Origin: an uncultured Chloroflexia bacterium
GTDB lineage: Bacteria > Chloroflexota > Limnocylindria > Limnocylindrales > CSP1-4
DNA: 64,000 bases
Direction: 5' to 3'
Assembly (NCBI GenBank): GCA_963789865.1
Contig: CAWBMD010000002.1
Coordinates: 2,543-66,542 of the forward strand
Shown here: positions 18,851-28,823 of the stretch, in pieces
Layout: each line of letters begins with the position of its first letter
Numbering within the stretch: position 1 is the first letter of the stretch
Notes under the pieces: generated by a model
What the model saw: only the letters and a program-made list of their open reading frames with translations
Databases searched by the model: none
Told to the model about the DNA's origin: nothing
Made by a program: the position numbers and the translations under genes

Positions 18851-20043
18851 ATGTCGGATCGCGTTTCCGGGCACCCGAGCCGTTCCCGCCTGGCCACCCG
18901 GGTCGCCCTGCTCCTCGGCGTCCTCGGCGTCGTCGCCGGACCCGCCGCCCCGCTCGTCGGTGCCGCCGGCGGCGTGACGGTCACGACCCCGTTCCCGGCG
19001 GTCGTCGCCGAGCCCGGCTCGAGCGCCACGTTCAAGCTCGCGCTCGACGTCCCGACCGCCCAGCGGGTGGACCTCAAGGCCGACGGCGTGCCGTCCGGCT
19101 GGACCGCCCGGTTCCGCGGCGGCGGCAGCGTCGTGGACGGCGCCTACGTGGACCCGAAGACCCCGCCCGACGTCACGCTCTCCGTCGACGATCCCCAAGG
19201 ACGCGACGCGCCGCGACCAGCACCATCCGGGTGGTCGCGACCGGGGCCAGCGGCAGCGACACGCTCGCGCTCTCGATCCGCGTCGCCGAGGCGGCCGCGG
19301 GCGACGTCACCCTGACCTCGGACTTCCCGGAGCTCAAGGGTCCGTCGACCGCGTCGTTCACGTTCAACCTCACGCTCACCAACGGCACCCCGACCGAGGC
19401 GCCAGTTCTCGATGGACGCGAGCGGGCCCGACGGCTGGACCGTCGCCGCCAAGCCGGCGGGCCAGGCCCAGGCGACCAGCACGGTCGTCCCGGCGGGCGG
19501 CACCACCTCGATCACCGTCGTCGCGACCCCGGCAGCCGACGTCGCGGCCGGCTCCTTCCCGATCACCGTGACCGTCGAGCGGCGCGGGCAAGACCGTCAC
19601 CTCGGACCTGACCGTGACGATCACCGGCACCTACGGCCTCACGGTCTCCACCCCGGACAAGGTGCTCTCGACCACGGCGAACGCCGGCAGCGCGAAGCCC
19701 TTCCAGATCACCGTCACGAACACCGGCACCGCGCCGGTCACCGCGATCACCCCGAGCGCGTCGGCGCCCACCGGCTGGACGGTCACCTTCGCCCCCGAGG
19801 CCGTGCCGTCGCTCGATCCCGACGCCACCCAGACGCTGACGGCGACGATCACGCCGAGCGCGGACGCCATCGCCGGTGACTATGAGCTGACGATCACCGC
19901 CAAGGGCGCCGAGGCCAGCGACAACGTGACGATCCGGGTCCGGGTCGAGACGCCCCAGGTCTGGTGGATCGCGGGCGTCGTGCTCATCGGGGCGGTGTTC
20001 GCCGGGTCTCTACTGGGTCTTCCGGACCTACGGCCGGCGGTAG
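18851..20043 (+). CDS. Secreted, C-terminally membrane-anchored protein with repeated NEW3/CARDB-like beta-sandwich domains (COG1470-like), about 4 frameshifts
   Basis: ATG 18851 follows GGAGAGG and opens with a signal-like LATRVALLLGVLGVVAGPAAP. Repeated modules: VAEPGSSATFKLALDV...GWTARF; TFNLTLTNGT...PDGWTVAAKPA; KPFQITVTNTGTAPVT...PTGWTVTFAP; IAGDYELTITAKG. The terminal TM is WWIAGVVLIGAVFAG, then LYWVFRTYGRR with stop 20041-20043 once one G at 20004-20006 is removed. Confidence 0.7.
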
Positions 20044-20130
20044 CCGACATGACCGACGATCGGACGCCCCCGTCCGACGGACGTCCCGCCAGGCCTCCGC
20101 CGCGGCGCTTCCGGCCGCAGGTGGGGATGG

Positions 20131-21343
20131 ATGCCCGACCCCGCGACGCCGCGCCGCCGTCCGGACCAGGACGACGGCCGCTCGCGCGCCATGCGACGAA
20201 GCGAGGCCGACGACGGCCGAGACGGCCGGCGGGACCGGGACCGCGGCGTACCGCCGCCGATGCCGATGGCGCCGATGCGGCTCGATACGGCCGAGGACGG
20301 CGGCGCGTTGCTGCGGTCACGGCCGCGGACCGGCCACGACCGCGCCGCCGGAAGACCGTGGCCGAGCTCCTGGCGGACGTGCCCCGAGGACGCCGTCATC
20401 GTCACCCGCCGCCTGACCAAGCAGTACGGCGACTTCACGGCCGTCGACCGGCTCAACCTGACGATCCGCCGCGGCGAGGTCTTCGGCCTGCTGGGGCCCA
20501 ACGGCGCCGGCAAGACGACGACCGTCCTGATGCTCCTGGGCCTGACCGAGCCGACCAAGGGCGTCGTGCGCGTCGTCGGCCTCGATCCGTCCCGCGAGCC
20601 GCTCGCCGTCAAGCGCCAGGTGGGCTACCTCCCGGACAACGTGGGCTTCTACGGCGACCTGACCGGGCGCGAGAACCTGCGCTACACGGCGAAGCTCAAC
20701 GGCATCCGCCGCTCCGAGGCAGAGCCCTGGATCGACGAGCTGCTCCACGAGGTCCGCCTCGACGACGCCGGGCGACAAGAAGGCCGAGCAGTACTCGCGC
20801 GGCATGCGCCAGCGGCTCGGCATCGCCGATGCCCTCGTCAAGCGGCCGACGGTGCTGATCCTCGACGAGCCGACGATCGCGATCGACCCGTCGGGCGTGG
20901 AGGAGCTGCTGCTCCTGCTCCGCCGCCTGGTCGCGGAGCGCAGCCTCACCGTCCTGCTCTCCTCCCACATCCTGGGCCAGGTCCAGTCGCTCTGCGACCG
21001 CGTCGGGTTCTTCGCCGCCGGCCGCATGGTCGCCGCCGGGCCCCTGGACGAGCTCGCCGGGGGCGCTGACCGCACCGTGGAGCTCGAGGTGGGCATCGAC
21101 GGGCCTGCCGGACGGAGATCGATCCGGTCGCCCTGGCCGTGCCGGGCGTCACGTCCGTGGCTCCGCACGAGCAGCGACGAGCGACTCCGCATCGTCACCG
21201 CCTCGTCGGACGTGGCGGCCCCGCTCGCGACGGCCCTCGCCGGCGCCAACCTGACCCTGGTCCACCTGCGGCGGCGCGGCACCGACCTGCTGGAGCTCTA
21301 CCGCCGCTACGTTCCGGAGGGTGTCGATGGCCGCGCCCGCTGA
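20131..21343 (+). CDS. ABC transporter ATP-binding protein (ABC-2 exporter type), 2-3 frameshifts. The conserved core starts near 20386 and the N-terminal extension is uncertain.
   Basis: [43 protein letters not shown] (ORF 20131-21069). Then [35 protein letters not shown]...[20 protein letters not shown] (ORF 20804-21343). Confidence 0.85.
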
Positions 21344-22361
21344 CACGACCCGCCGCGCCGACGCGGCCCGCAAGGCGCGCCGCTCCGAGCGCGCCCCGTC
21401 CGGGGGCTGGCGGACGATCGCCGCCAAGGAGCTCGCGGACCACCTGGGGAGCGTCCGCTTCATCGTGCTGCTGCTCGTCATCGGCGTGGCGGCGGTCGTG
21501 CCGCATGTACTTCATCTCCACGCGACATCAGCGGCTCCGCCCCGGCCCTCGCCGGCCAGCCCGCGCTGTTCCTGGCGCTGTTCGTGGTCGGGTCGAAGAG
21601 CGTCGGCGGCGTCACGACCGTCGCGTTCGCCGCGCTGCTCGTGCCGCTGGTGGGCATCGCGTTCGGGTTCGACGGGATCAACAGCGAGCGCTCGCAGGGC
21701 ACGCTGTCGCGCCTGCTCGCCCAGCCCGTCCACCGCGACGACGTCGTCAACGGCAAGTTCGTGGCCGGGATCGCGGTGATCGCGCTCATGCTGGGGGCCC
21801 TGGTCGCGGTCACCGCCGGGCTGGGGATCATCCGCCTGGGGATCATCCCCTCGCCGGAGGAGCTCGCCCGGGTGGTCGCGTGGCTCCTCTCGACGATCCT
21901 CTATGCCTCGTTCTGGCTGGCGTTCGCGCTGCTGCTCTCGGTCGTGATCCGGGGCGCCGCCTCCGCTGCGCTGGTCGGCTTCGGGACGTGGCTGGGCCTG
22001 ATCCTGTTCGGGGCCTTCCTGCTGCCGCTGGCGGCCAACGCGCTGTTCCCCCCGAACACGACCGGCACCGCGAACGACTACTTCGCCTCCACCACGGCGC
22101 AGCAGGTGTTCCTGCGGATCTCGCCGGCGACGCTGTACCAGGACATCGTGACGGCGCTCATGAACCCGGCGACGAAGACGTGTCCTCGGCGTCGGCAACC
22201 TCGGGCAGTACGTCAGCTCCCAGGAGCAGGTGCCGTCGCTGCTGTCGCTGGACCAGTCGATCCTGCTGGTGTGGCCGCAGATCGTGGCACTGGTCGCGAT
22301 GACGACCGCGATGTTCGCCGGGGCATACGTGCTGTTCCTGCGCCAGGAGGTCCGCGCCTAA
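21327..22361 (+). CDS. ABC-2 family transporter permease, about 3-4 frameshifts
   Basis: ATG 21327 follows GGAGGG and overlaps the ATPase 3' end. Sequence: MAAPADTT...WRTIAAKELADHLGSVRFIVLLLVIGVAAVV; then GINSERSQGTLSRLLAQPVHRDDVVNGKFVAGIAVIALML...LLSTILYASFWLAFALLLSVV (ORF 21584-22519). The tail SLDQSILLVWPQIVALVAMTTAMFAGAYVLFLRQEVRA has its stop at 22359-22361. Confidence 0.7.
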
Positions 22362-22515
22362 GGGCCGGGTCCTCGGCGGGACGGGCCCGCGGAGCCGGGT
22401 CCCTCGGACGGGACGGCACTCGTGCACGAACCGGCACGGCCACGATGCCAGGGCCGCGATCCGGGGCGAGGCGCACCCTGATCCGCGGAGGCCGTTCGCA
22501 CGAACAAACGGAGAG

Positions 22516-24158
22516 ATGAGCAACAGCCCGCGTCCCACCCCGCCGATCCGGCCGGCACCGCCGCTGATCCGGCCGGCACCGCCGCTGATCCGGCCGGGCC
22601 TGCGGTCCCGCTCGGACGCGCCGCCCTCGCGGGCGTCGTCGCCGCGGCCGCCGCCCTCGCCACGGGCGAGCTCGTCGCGGGACTGCTCCCCGGCGCGCCC
22701 TCGCCGCTCGCCGCCGTCGGCGGCGGCGGTCATCGACTTCGCACCGCCCGGGTCGAAGGACCTGATGGTCTCCCTGTTCGGCACGGCGGACAAGCTCGCA
22801 CTCGGCGTGTTCCTCACCGCTGTCGTGCTCGTCGCGGGCGCGGCGCTCGGGCTGGTCGCCCGCAGGAGCCTCCTGCTTGCCGCCATCGGCATCGCCGTGA
22901 TCGCCGGCATCGGCGCGCTCGCCGGCCTCCGCTCCCCCACCGCCGCCCCGGCGGTCACCGTGCTCTCCGCGGCTCTGCAGGCCACCGTCGGCATCTGGGT
23001 CCTGGTGCTCCTGCTCGCCGCGGCGCCGGCGACGAGCGGTGACCACACGGCCGGGCGGCGCGACTTCCTCGTCCGCGCCGGAGCCGTTGGGGCGCTGGCA
23101 GTCGTGGGTGGCGGTGTCGGCCGCGCCCTCCTCGAGGGACAGGCGACGGCCTACGCCAGCGGCGCCAGCGGTTCTGCCCCGGGCGCCACCGCCGTTCCCT
23201 TCCCGGCGGTCGTGGATCCGGCGCCGACGCCGCCGCCGGATGCCAGCTTCGCCATCGACGGCATCACCCCGCTCGTCATCCTCGAATGACGACTTCTACC
23301 GGATCGACACCGCGCTCTTCACCCCGTCGGTGGACGTGAACAGGTGGAGCCTCCGCGTCCACGGCATGGTGGACCGTGAGGTCACGCTGACCATGAATCG
23401 AGCTGCTCGAGCTGCCGCTCATCGAGCGCTACGTCACCATCGCCTGCGTCAGCAACCTCGTCGGCGGGGACCTCGTCGGCAACGCGAAGTGGACGGGCGT
23501 CCGCCTCTCCGACGTCCTCGAGATGGCCGGCGTCCAGCCGGGTGCGACGCAGGTCGTGCCCGCGCTCTGTGGACGGCTGGACTGCGGGCTTCCCCACGGC
23601 CTGGATCACGGACCCGGCGCATCCCCGGGACGCCCTCATCGCCCTGCACATGAACGACCAGCCGCTCCCGGCGCAGCACGGCTTCCCGGCCCGCCTCATC
23701 GTCCCGGGGCTGTACGGCTACGTGTCCGCCACCAAGTGGCTGAACGACCTGGAGCTGACCACGCTCGAGGCCTTCGACGCGTACTGGGTCCCGCGTGGCT
23801 GGGCGAAGGAGGCTCCGATCCTCACGCAGTCCCGGATCGACACCCCGCACGGCGACGTGCACGCTGCAGCCCGGGCCCGTGCCGGTGGCGGGCGTCGCCT
23901 GGGCGCCGGACCGCGGGATCTCGAAGGTGGAGGTCAACGTGGATGGCGGTGACCTGTGGCAGGAGGCCACCCTGGCGACGGAGATCGGCCCGCAGACCTG
24001 GGTCCAGTGGCGCTGGACCTGGCAGGCGACATCGGGCGACCACACGCTCTACCGTCCGCGCGACCGACGGAACCGGGGAGGTCCAGACCGCGGAGTCCAG
24101 CCCCCCTGATCCGGACGGCTCACGCGGCCATCACGAGGTCCACGTCAGGGTCGCCTGA
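22516..24158 (+). CDS. Molybdopterin-dependent oxidoreductase (sulfite-oxidase-fold) with an N-terminal membrane domain, at least 5 frameshifts
   Basis: N-terminal TM region: AALAGVVAAAAALATGELVAGLL, AVIDFAPPGSKDLMVSLFGTADKLALGVFLTAVVL. Catalytic part: NDDFYRIDTALFTPSVDVNRWSLRVHGMVDREVTLT, ERYVTIACVSNLVGG (Mo-ligand Cys), DGWTAGFP...ALIALHMNDQPLPAQHGFPARLIVPGLYGYVSATKWL. Dimerisation domain: VAGVAWAPDRGISKVEVNVDGG. The pieces lie in ORFs 22516-23289, 23039-23653, 23542-23952, 23795-24109 and 23523-24158. Confidence 0.8.
22540..22598. repeat. 21-bp tandem repeat, about 2.8 copies, inside the 5' end of the Mo-oxidoreductase gene
   Basis: ccgc[c/t]gatccggccggcaccg occurs at 22540, 22561 and, partially, 22582. 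In the ATG frame it reads PPIRPAPPLIRPAPPLIRP. The frame change into the conserved TM region happens within or just after it. Confidence 0.85.
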
Positions 24159-24251
24159 TGCCGAGTTCCGGTACCCTCTGGTCCCCGGCCTCTGCCGGCG
24201 CTCCCCCACCAGGCGACTTCCACCCAGGCGCTCCCAACCTCCCAGGATCCG

Positions 24252-24814
24252 ATGACACGACGCCGCTACCTCTTCGACAGCCCCGACCACTTCCTTGCCG
24301 GCACGGTCGGCGAGCCGGGCAACCGCACCTTCTTCCTGCAGGCCCGCGAGGGATCGCGGATCACCTCGGTCGCGCTCGAGAAGGTCCAGGTGGCCGCGGT
24401 CTGCCAGCGCCTGACGGAGCTCCTGGACGAGCTGGAGCAGCGCGGCGTCGGAGGGTGCGGACGAGCTCGACGACATGCCGGCCGCCCGTCGCCCTCGACG
24501 AGCCGATCAACGAGGCGTTCCGGGTCGGCACGCTGTCCCTCGGCTGGGACACCGGCGAGGACGCTGGTCCTGATCGAGGCCCGCGAGATCACGAGGACGA
24601 GGAAGAGGACGACGTCGACGCCTTCGGCGATGACGACGACGAGGACGGCCCCGACCTGCTCCGGGTCCGCCTGACGCCCGTCGTGGCCCGCGAGTTCGTC
24701 GCCCGGGCGCTGCGCGTGATCGCGTCCGGCCGGCCGCCGTGCCCGCTGTGCGGTCAGCCGCTCGACCCGCAGGGCCACCTCTGCCCGCGCCGGAACGGGC
24801 ACCTGCTGAACTGA
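24252..24814 (+). CDS. DUF3090-family protein (TIGR03847-like), 2-3 frameshifts
   Basis: MTRRRYLFDSPDHFLAGTVGEPGNRTFFLQAREGSRITSVALEKVQVAAV (ORF 24252-24674). Then EPINEAFRVGTLSLGWD...LLRVRLTPVVAREFVARALRVIASGRPPCPLCGQPLDPQGHLCPRRNGH (ORF 24158-24814). The C-terminal Cys/His motif is characteristic of this family. Confidence 0.75.
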
Positions 24815-24881
24815 GCCCGGTGGACGATCCGCTGGAGAACGACCGGTCGCCGCCCCGGCGGCCGAGGCTGCCGATGCCATC

Positions 24882-25677
24882 GTGGACCAGAACGACGGCG
24901 GTACCGGCGACGAGCCTGACGAGCCCGCCTATTCGATCGACGATCTCGGGCTGCCGATGCCGGTCCTGCCCGAGGACGCCGCGCTCGACCTGCTGACGGG
25001 CGGCGAGCTGCGCCTCATCGGGCAGCTGTCCGTCTCCTCCAACAACGCGATGCTCGCCGTCGTGAGCGCAGGCGACCTCGAGGCCGCGTGCATCTACAAG
25101 CCCGTCGCGGGCGAGCGGCCGCTGCGCGACTTCCCGGACGGCACACTCGCCCGGCGTGAGGTCGCGGCGTTCGCCGTCTCGCGGGCCAGCGGCTGGGGCA
25201 TCGTCCCGCCAACCGTTCTCCGTGACGGCCCGTTCGGCGAGGGCATGGTCCAGCTCTGGATCCGCCACGACGGCGAGACGGACCCGGTGGCGCTGGTGAT
25301 CGGGTCAGACCCGCGCCTCCGCCGGATCGCCGTCTTCGACGCCGCCGTCAACAACACCGACCGCAAGGCCGGGCACCTGGTCCCCGTGCCGGGGGGCCAC
25401 ATCTACGGCGTGGACCACGGCGTCACGTTCTCGCCCGTGCCCAAGCTCCGTACCGTGCTCTGGGAGTGGCGCGGCCAGCCGTTCCTCGAATCGGGAGATG
25501 GACGTCCTGAGCGCGCTCCGTGCCGGTCTGGACAGTGCACTCGGCGACGACCTGCGGACGCTGCTCGACGTCATCGAGGTGGCGGCCACGCAGCGTCGCC
25601 TCGACCGGCTCCTGGCGGCGGGCGTCTTCCCCCAGCCCGACCCCCGCTGGCCCGCGATGCCCTGGCCGCCCGTCTGA
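24882..25677 (+). CDS. SCO1664-family protein (TIGR03843-like, distant PI3/4-kinase-like fold), 1 frameshift near 25490
   Basis: GTG 24882. Sequence: LIGQLSVSSNNAMLAVV...CIYKPVAGERPLRDFPDGTLARREVAAFAVS...AVFDAAVNNTDRKAGHLVP...IYGVDHGVTFSPVPKLRTVLW. The tail LRAGLDSALGDDLRTLLDVIEVAATQRRLDRLL is in another frame, with stop at 25675-25677. Confidence 0.75.
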
Positions 25678-25707
25678 GATTGCCATGCCCCGGCCGGCCG
25701 GGCCCGT

Positions 25708-26298
25708 TCACCGCGAGTGGTCGTCGCCGCGTCCCCTCACTGCCCATACGAGAGCGGCGAGGCCCAACCCGACGAGCCAGACGAGCGGGATGCCGAAGAA
25801 CGCCACCGTGAGCTGCGCGACCCTCGGATCGTCACCGGCCGGGCAAGGGACCGACGGGAACCCGAAGAAGCACGCCTGCTGGGCATCGTAGAGGCTCACC
25901 ATCGCCTGGACCGCAACGAGAACGGCAACGACAAGCAGCGCCAGGGTCCAGAGCAGGAGCCCTCGGACCCAGCGGCTCCGCAACCGGCCTACGCCAGGCT
26001 GGGCCTGGGACGGCTCCGCGGCGACGAGCGCGAGCCAGGCCAGCACCGCCGGAATGAGGAAGAACCCGCCGAGGGTGCTGAGCAGGGCGAGCAGGCCGAC
26101 CGTGAGGGCGCCGACGCCGAGTCGCGCGGTCCGGTCGGCACCGCCGAGGGGTCGAACCCACCAGATCACGAGCATGAGCACGAGCCAGCCGGCCACGAAC
26201 GGCCAGCCGGCGAACCCGCTCCCGATCATCGGTACCCCCAGGCCGACCAGGGCCAGCACCCATGGCAGGGACCAGAGGGCGCGGCGGCGACTGCTCAT
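25708..26298 (-). CDS. Integral membrane protein, 196 aa, unknown family
   Basis: Intact ORF with about 5 hydrophobic segments (LWSLPWVLALVGLGVPMIG, WPFVAGWLVLMLVIWWV, GALTVGLLALLSTLGGFFLIPAVLAWLALVA, LLLWTLALLVVAVLVAV, FFGIPLVWLVGLGLAALVW). Its ATG directly abuts the stop of the upstream gene (TGAATG at 26296-26301, read on the minus strand). Confidence 0.65.
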   Translation of the reverse strand: MSSRRRALWSLPWVLALVGLGVPMIGSGFAGWPFVAGWLVLMLVIWWVRPLGGADRTARLGVGALTVGLLALLSTLGGFFLIPAVLAWLALVAAEPSQAQPGVGRLRSRWVRGLLLWTLALLVVAVLVAVQAMVSLYDAQQACFFGFPSVPCPAGDDPRVAQLTVAFFGIPLVWLVGLGLAALVWAVRGRGDDHSR

Positions 26299-26826
26299 TC
26301 AGAAGTCGAATACATACCAGCACAGCTGGTTCCGCAGCCGCTGGTCGTCGAGGACCAGATCCCGGATCTCGCAGGGGAGCTGGGCGCGCTGCCACTGGCA
26401 CTCGAGGCGGCCAGCCCCCTCGCGCTCGTCCTCGGGCGCTGCCGCTCGCGCCGCCTTGATCGCGTAGGCCGCGGCGCCGAGCTCGTGGGCTGCGACGTGG
26501 CCCACGCAGCCGGCCTGACCGGCAGCGTACGCCGCAAGCCGAGGTGCCCCGGCCAGGTCTCTTGCCGCCGCCATTGCATGGCCGCCCGCCGCGCGGGCGT
26601 CCCACCAGGTGATGTCACCCCGCGCCCAGGCACGCCCGAGGTCGATCGCCCGGCGTGGTCGGTCGTCCCCCGACCGTGCCTGCTCGAAGTGGTGCAGCGC
26701 GTGCTCCGCGCAGTCAGCCGCCCACATCGCAAGAAGACGATGATCGTCGTCCTGGAGGGTCCCGCCGCGACGCACGGTGATGAACCGCGGATCCCGGATC
26801 CTGGGAAGGATCACCAGCCTGCCCAT
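26299..26826 (-). CDS. Conserved hypothetical protein resembling the alanine-rich helical 'putative immunity protein' (Imm-5-like) family
   Basis: Intact 175-aa ORF: WAADCAEHALHHFEQARSGDDRPRRAIDLGRAWARGDI...ARAAGGHAMAAARDL...AAYAAGQAGCVGHVAAHELGAAAYAIKAA. The repeated helical A-rich pattern with conserved His and Ala matches my recollection of that family. The assignment was not verified. Confidence 0.55.
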   Translation of the reverse strand: MGRLVILPRIRDPRFITVRRGGTLQDDDHRLLAMWAADCAEHALHHFEQARSGDDRPRRAIDLGRAWARGDITWWDARAAGGHAMAAARDLAGAPRLAAYAAGQAGCVGHVAAHELGAAAYAIKAARAAAPEDEREGAGRLECQWQRAQLPCEIRDLVLDDQRLRNQLCWYVFDF

Positions 26827-27156
26827 CCCGCTCGTGTGGTCCGGTCCGGCGTCATCTCGTCCATCGGACCCTCCGCGTCCATGAACGGCAGCCTACCAGC
26901 GCACCCGACTTGGCACCGCCGGCGCCCGCGTCCTGCAGGCACGGTCGCCTGGTGGCGTTGAAGCCCGGCTGTCCGCTGCCGCAGGGCCCCAAGACGACGA
27001 GACCCGCCCGGCCGTGTCGCGAGACCAGGGCGACGGAACTGCCCCTGACGGGTGATGAGGGGTCCCGACGTACGAATTGGTCGCCTGACATGCGACAGCG
27101 GCCGAAGCAGGCGCGCCGACGTTCCGCCGAGCCCTCCAATGGGGCACGATGGTGGC

Positions 27157-28767
27157 ATGCGACGCTGGAACGGCTGGGGTGATGAGGCCGACGACACCCA
27201 CGTCGGCGGGGCGGGGCGCAAGTTCCTGGCCAGGACGCTCGGGCCGGGGACGCCACCACGGGACGCCACCCTCGCGGACGTCGTGGCGGCGATCCCGCCC
27301 AGCCGCCTCCCGGAAGCCGCGGACGATCCCCTGCTCTCCACCGATCCGGAGCTCCGGGTCCGGCGGGCGCGCGGCCAGTCCTTCCCGGACCTGGTCGCCC
27401 TTCGATCCGGCCGCCTCGAGGCAGTCCCGGACGCCGTCGCACGGCCCGCCACGAATGCCGACGTTCGGCACGTGATCGACATTGCGCGCAGGCGGGCCGC
27501 CCATCTCATTCCGTATGGCGGCGGCACCAGCGTCGTCGGTGGCGTGTCCGCGCGTCCGTCGGCGGATCCGATCATCACGGTGGACCTGGCCGGACTCAAC
27601 GGCGTCACCGCCGTGGACGATCGAAGCGGCCTCGCCACGGTGGGTGCCGGGATCACGGGTCCGGACCTGGCCACCGCATTGGCGGCCCGGGGTCTCACGA
27701 TCGGCCACGAGCCGCAGTCGTGGGAGCTGGCCACGGTCGGCGGCTGGGTGGCGGCGCGTGGCTCGGGGCTCAAGAGCCTGGGCGTGGGGCGGATCGAGCA
27801 GCTGTACGCGGGCGGCACGCTCGAGGCGCCGGCCGGGACCCTGGACATGGCTCCGTTCCCGGCGTCGGCGGCCGGCCCGGACCTGCGCCAGCTCGTCCTC
27901 GGCTCTGAGGGCCGCCTCGGCTTCCTCACGGATGTCGTCCTGCGGGCCACGCCCCTCCCCGAGCTGGAGCGGATGGAGGCATGGGCGCTGCCAGGATGGG
28001 ACGAGGGCCAGGAGGCGGTCCGCGAGCTCGTCCAGGCGCGGCCCGGCCTCTCGCTGCTCCGTCTCTCCACGCCCGCCGAGACGCAGACGCTCCTCGCCTT
28101 TGCCGATCGTCCGTCGCAGACCCACGCGCTGGCGACCTATCTCCGCGTCCGCCGCCGTCCCAGCGACTGGGTCCTGCTCCTCGTCGGTGCGTCCGGCCGT
28201 CGCCGTGTCGCGAAGGCGGCCGCCGCCGAGGCCGCCTCGGTGCTCCGCACGCATCACGGGACACGGATCCCATCGCTGGCGAAGACCTGGTATCGGACCC
28301 GCTTCCGCTCGCCATACCTGCGCAATGCCCTGTGGGCCGCCGGCTACGGGTCGGACACGCTGGAGACCGCGACGGACTGGTCGCACGTGCCTCTGCTGCT
28401 CGCGCGCCTCGAGGCGAGCCTGGCCACCGCTCTCGCACCCCTCGGCGAGCGAACCCACGTGTTCACGCACCTCTCTCATGTCTACCCGTCCGGTTCCAGC
28501 CTCTACGTGACATACCTCTTCCGCCTGGCGGCAGACCCGGACGAGACGCTGACGCGCTGGCAGGCGCTGAAGCGTGCGGCGTCCGACACGATCAGCAGCG
28601 AGGGCGCGACGATCAGCCACCACCACGGGGTGGGCACGGACAACGCGGCGTACCTCGCGGCCGAGAAGGGCCCGCTGGGGATGGCGGCGCTGGAGGCGAT
28701 CGTCCGCACCTTCGATCCCGAGGGGCTGATGAACCCGGGCGTGCTTCTCTCGGACCGCCACGGCTGA
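27157..28767 (+). CDS. FAD-linked oxidase (alkyl-DHAP-synthase-like / GlcD superfamily flavoprotein)
   Basis: Intact. ATG 27157 gives MRRWNGWGDE. FAD-binding PCMH domain: PDAVARPATNADVRHVIDIARRRAAHLIPYGGGTSVVGG. C-terminal part: GATISHHHGVGTDNAAYL...FDPEGLMNPG. Confidence 0.85.
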   Translation: MRRWNGWGDEADDTHVGGAGRKFLARTLGPGTPPRDATLADVVAAIPPSRLPEAADDPLLSTDPELRVRRARGQSFPDLVALRSGRLEAVPDAVARPATNADVRHVIDIARRRAAHLIPYGGGTSVVGGVSARPSADPIITVDLAGLNGVTAVDDRSGLATVGAGITGPDLATALAARGLTIGHEPQSWELATVGGWVAARGSGLKSLGVGRIEQLYAGGTLEAPAGTLDMAPFPASAAGPDLRQLVLGSEGRLGFLTDVVLRATPLPELERMEAWALPGWDEGQEAVRELVQARPGLSLLRLSTPAETQTLLAFADRPSQTHALATYLRVRRRPSDWVLLLVGASGRRRVAKAAAAEAASVLRTHHGTRIPSLAKTWYRTRFRSPYLRNALWAAGYGSDTLETATDWSHVPLLLARLEASLATALAPLGERTHVFTHLSHVYPSGSSLYVTYLFRLAADPDETLTRWQALKRAASDTISSEGATISHHHGVGTDNAAYLAAEKGPLGMAALEAIVRTFDPEGLMNPGVLLSDRHG

Positions 28768-28823
28768 ACGTGGAGGCGCAGGCATGAATGTGAAGCCGCG
28801 GGCATGATCGTGGAGGCCTCGGC

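Noticed and set aside
20043-20386. An independent gene encoding an Arg-rich protein between the NEW3-like gene and the ABC ATPase
   Set aside because: Both open frames give highly biased R/P/D/G sequences with no motifs. This is more likely a non-conserved N-terminal extension of the ATPase or plain intergenic sequence.
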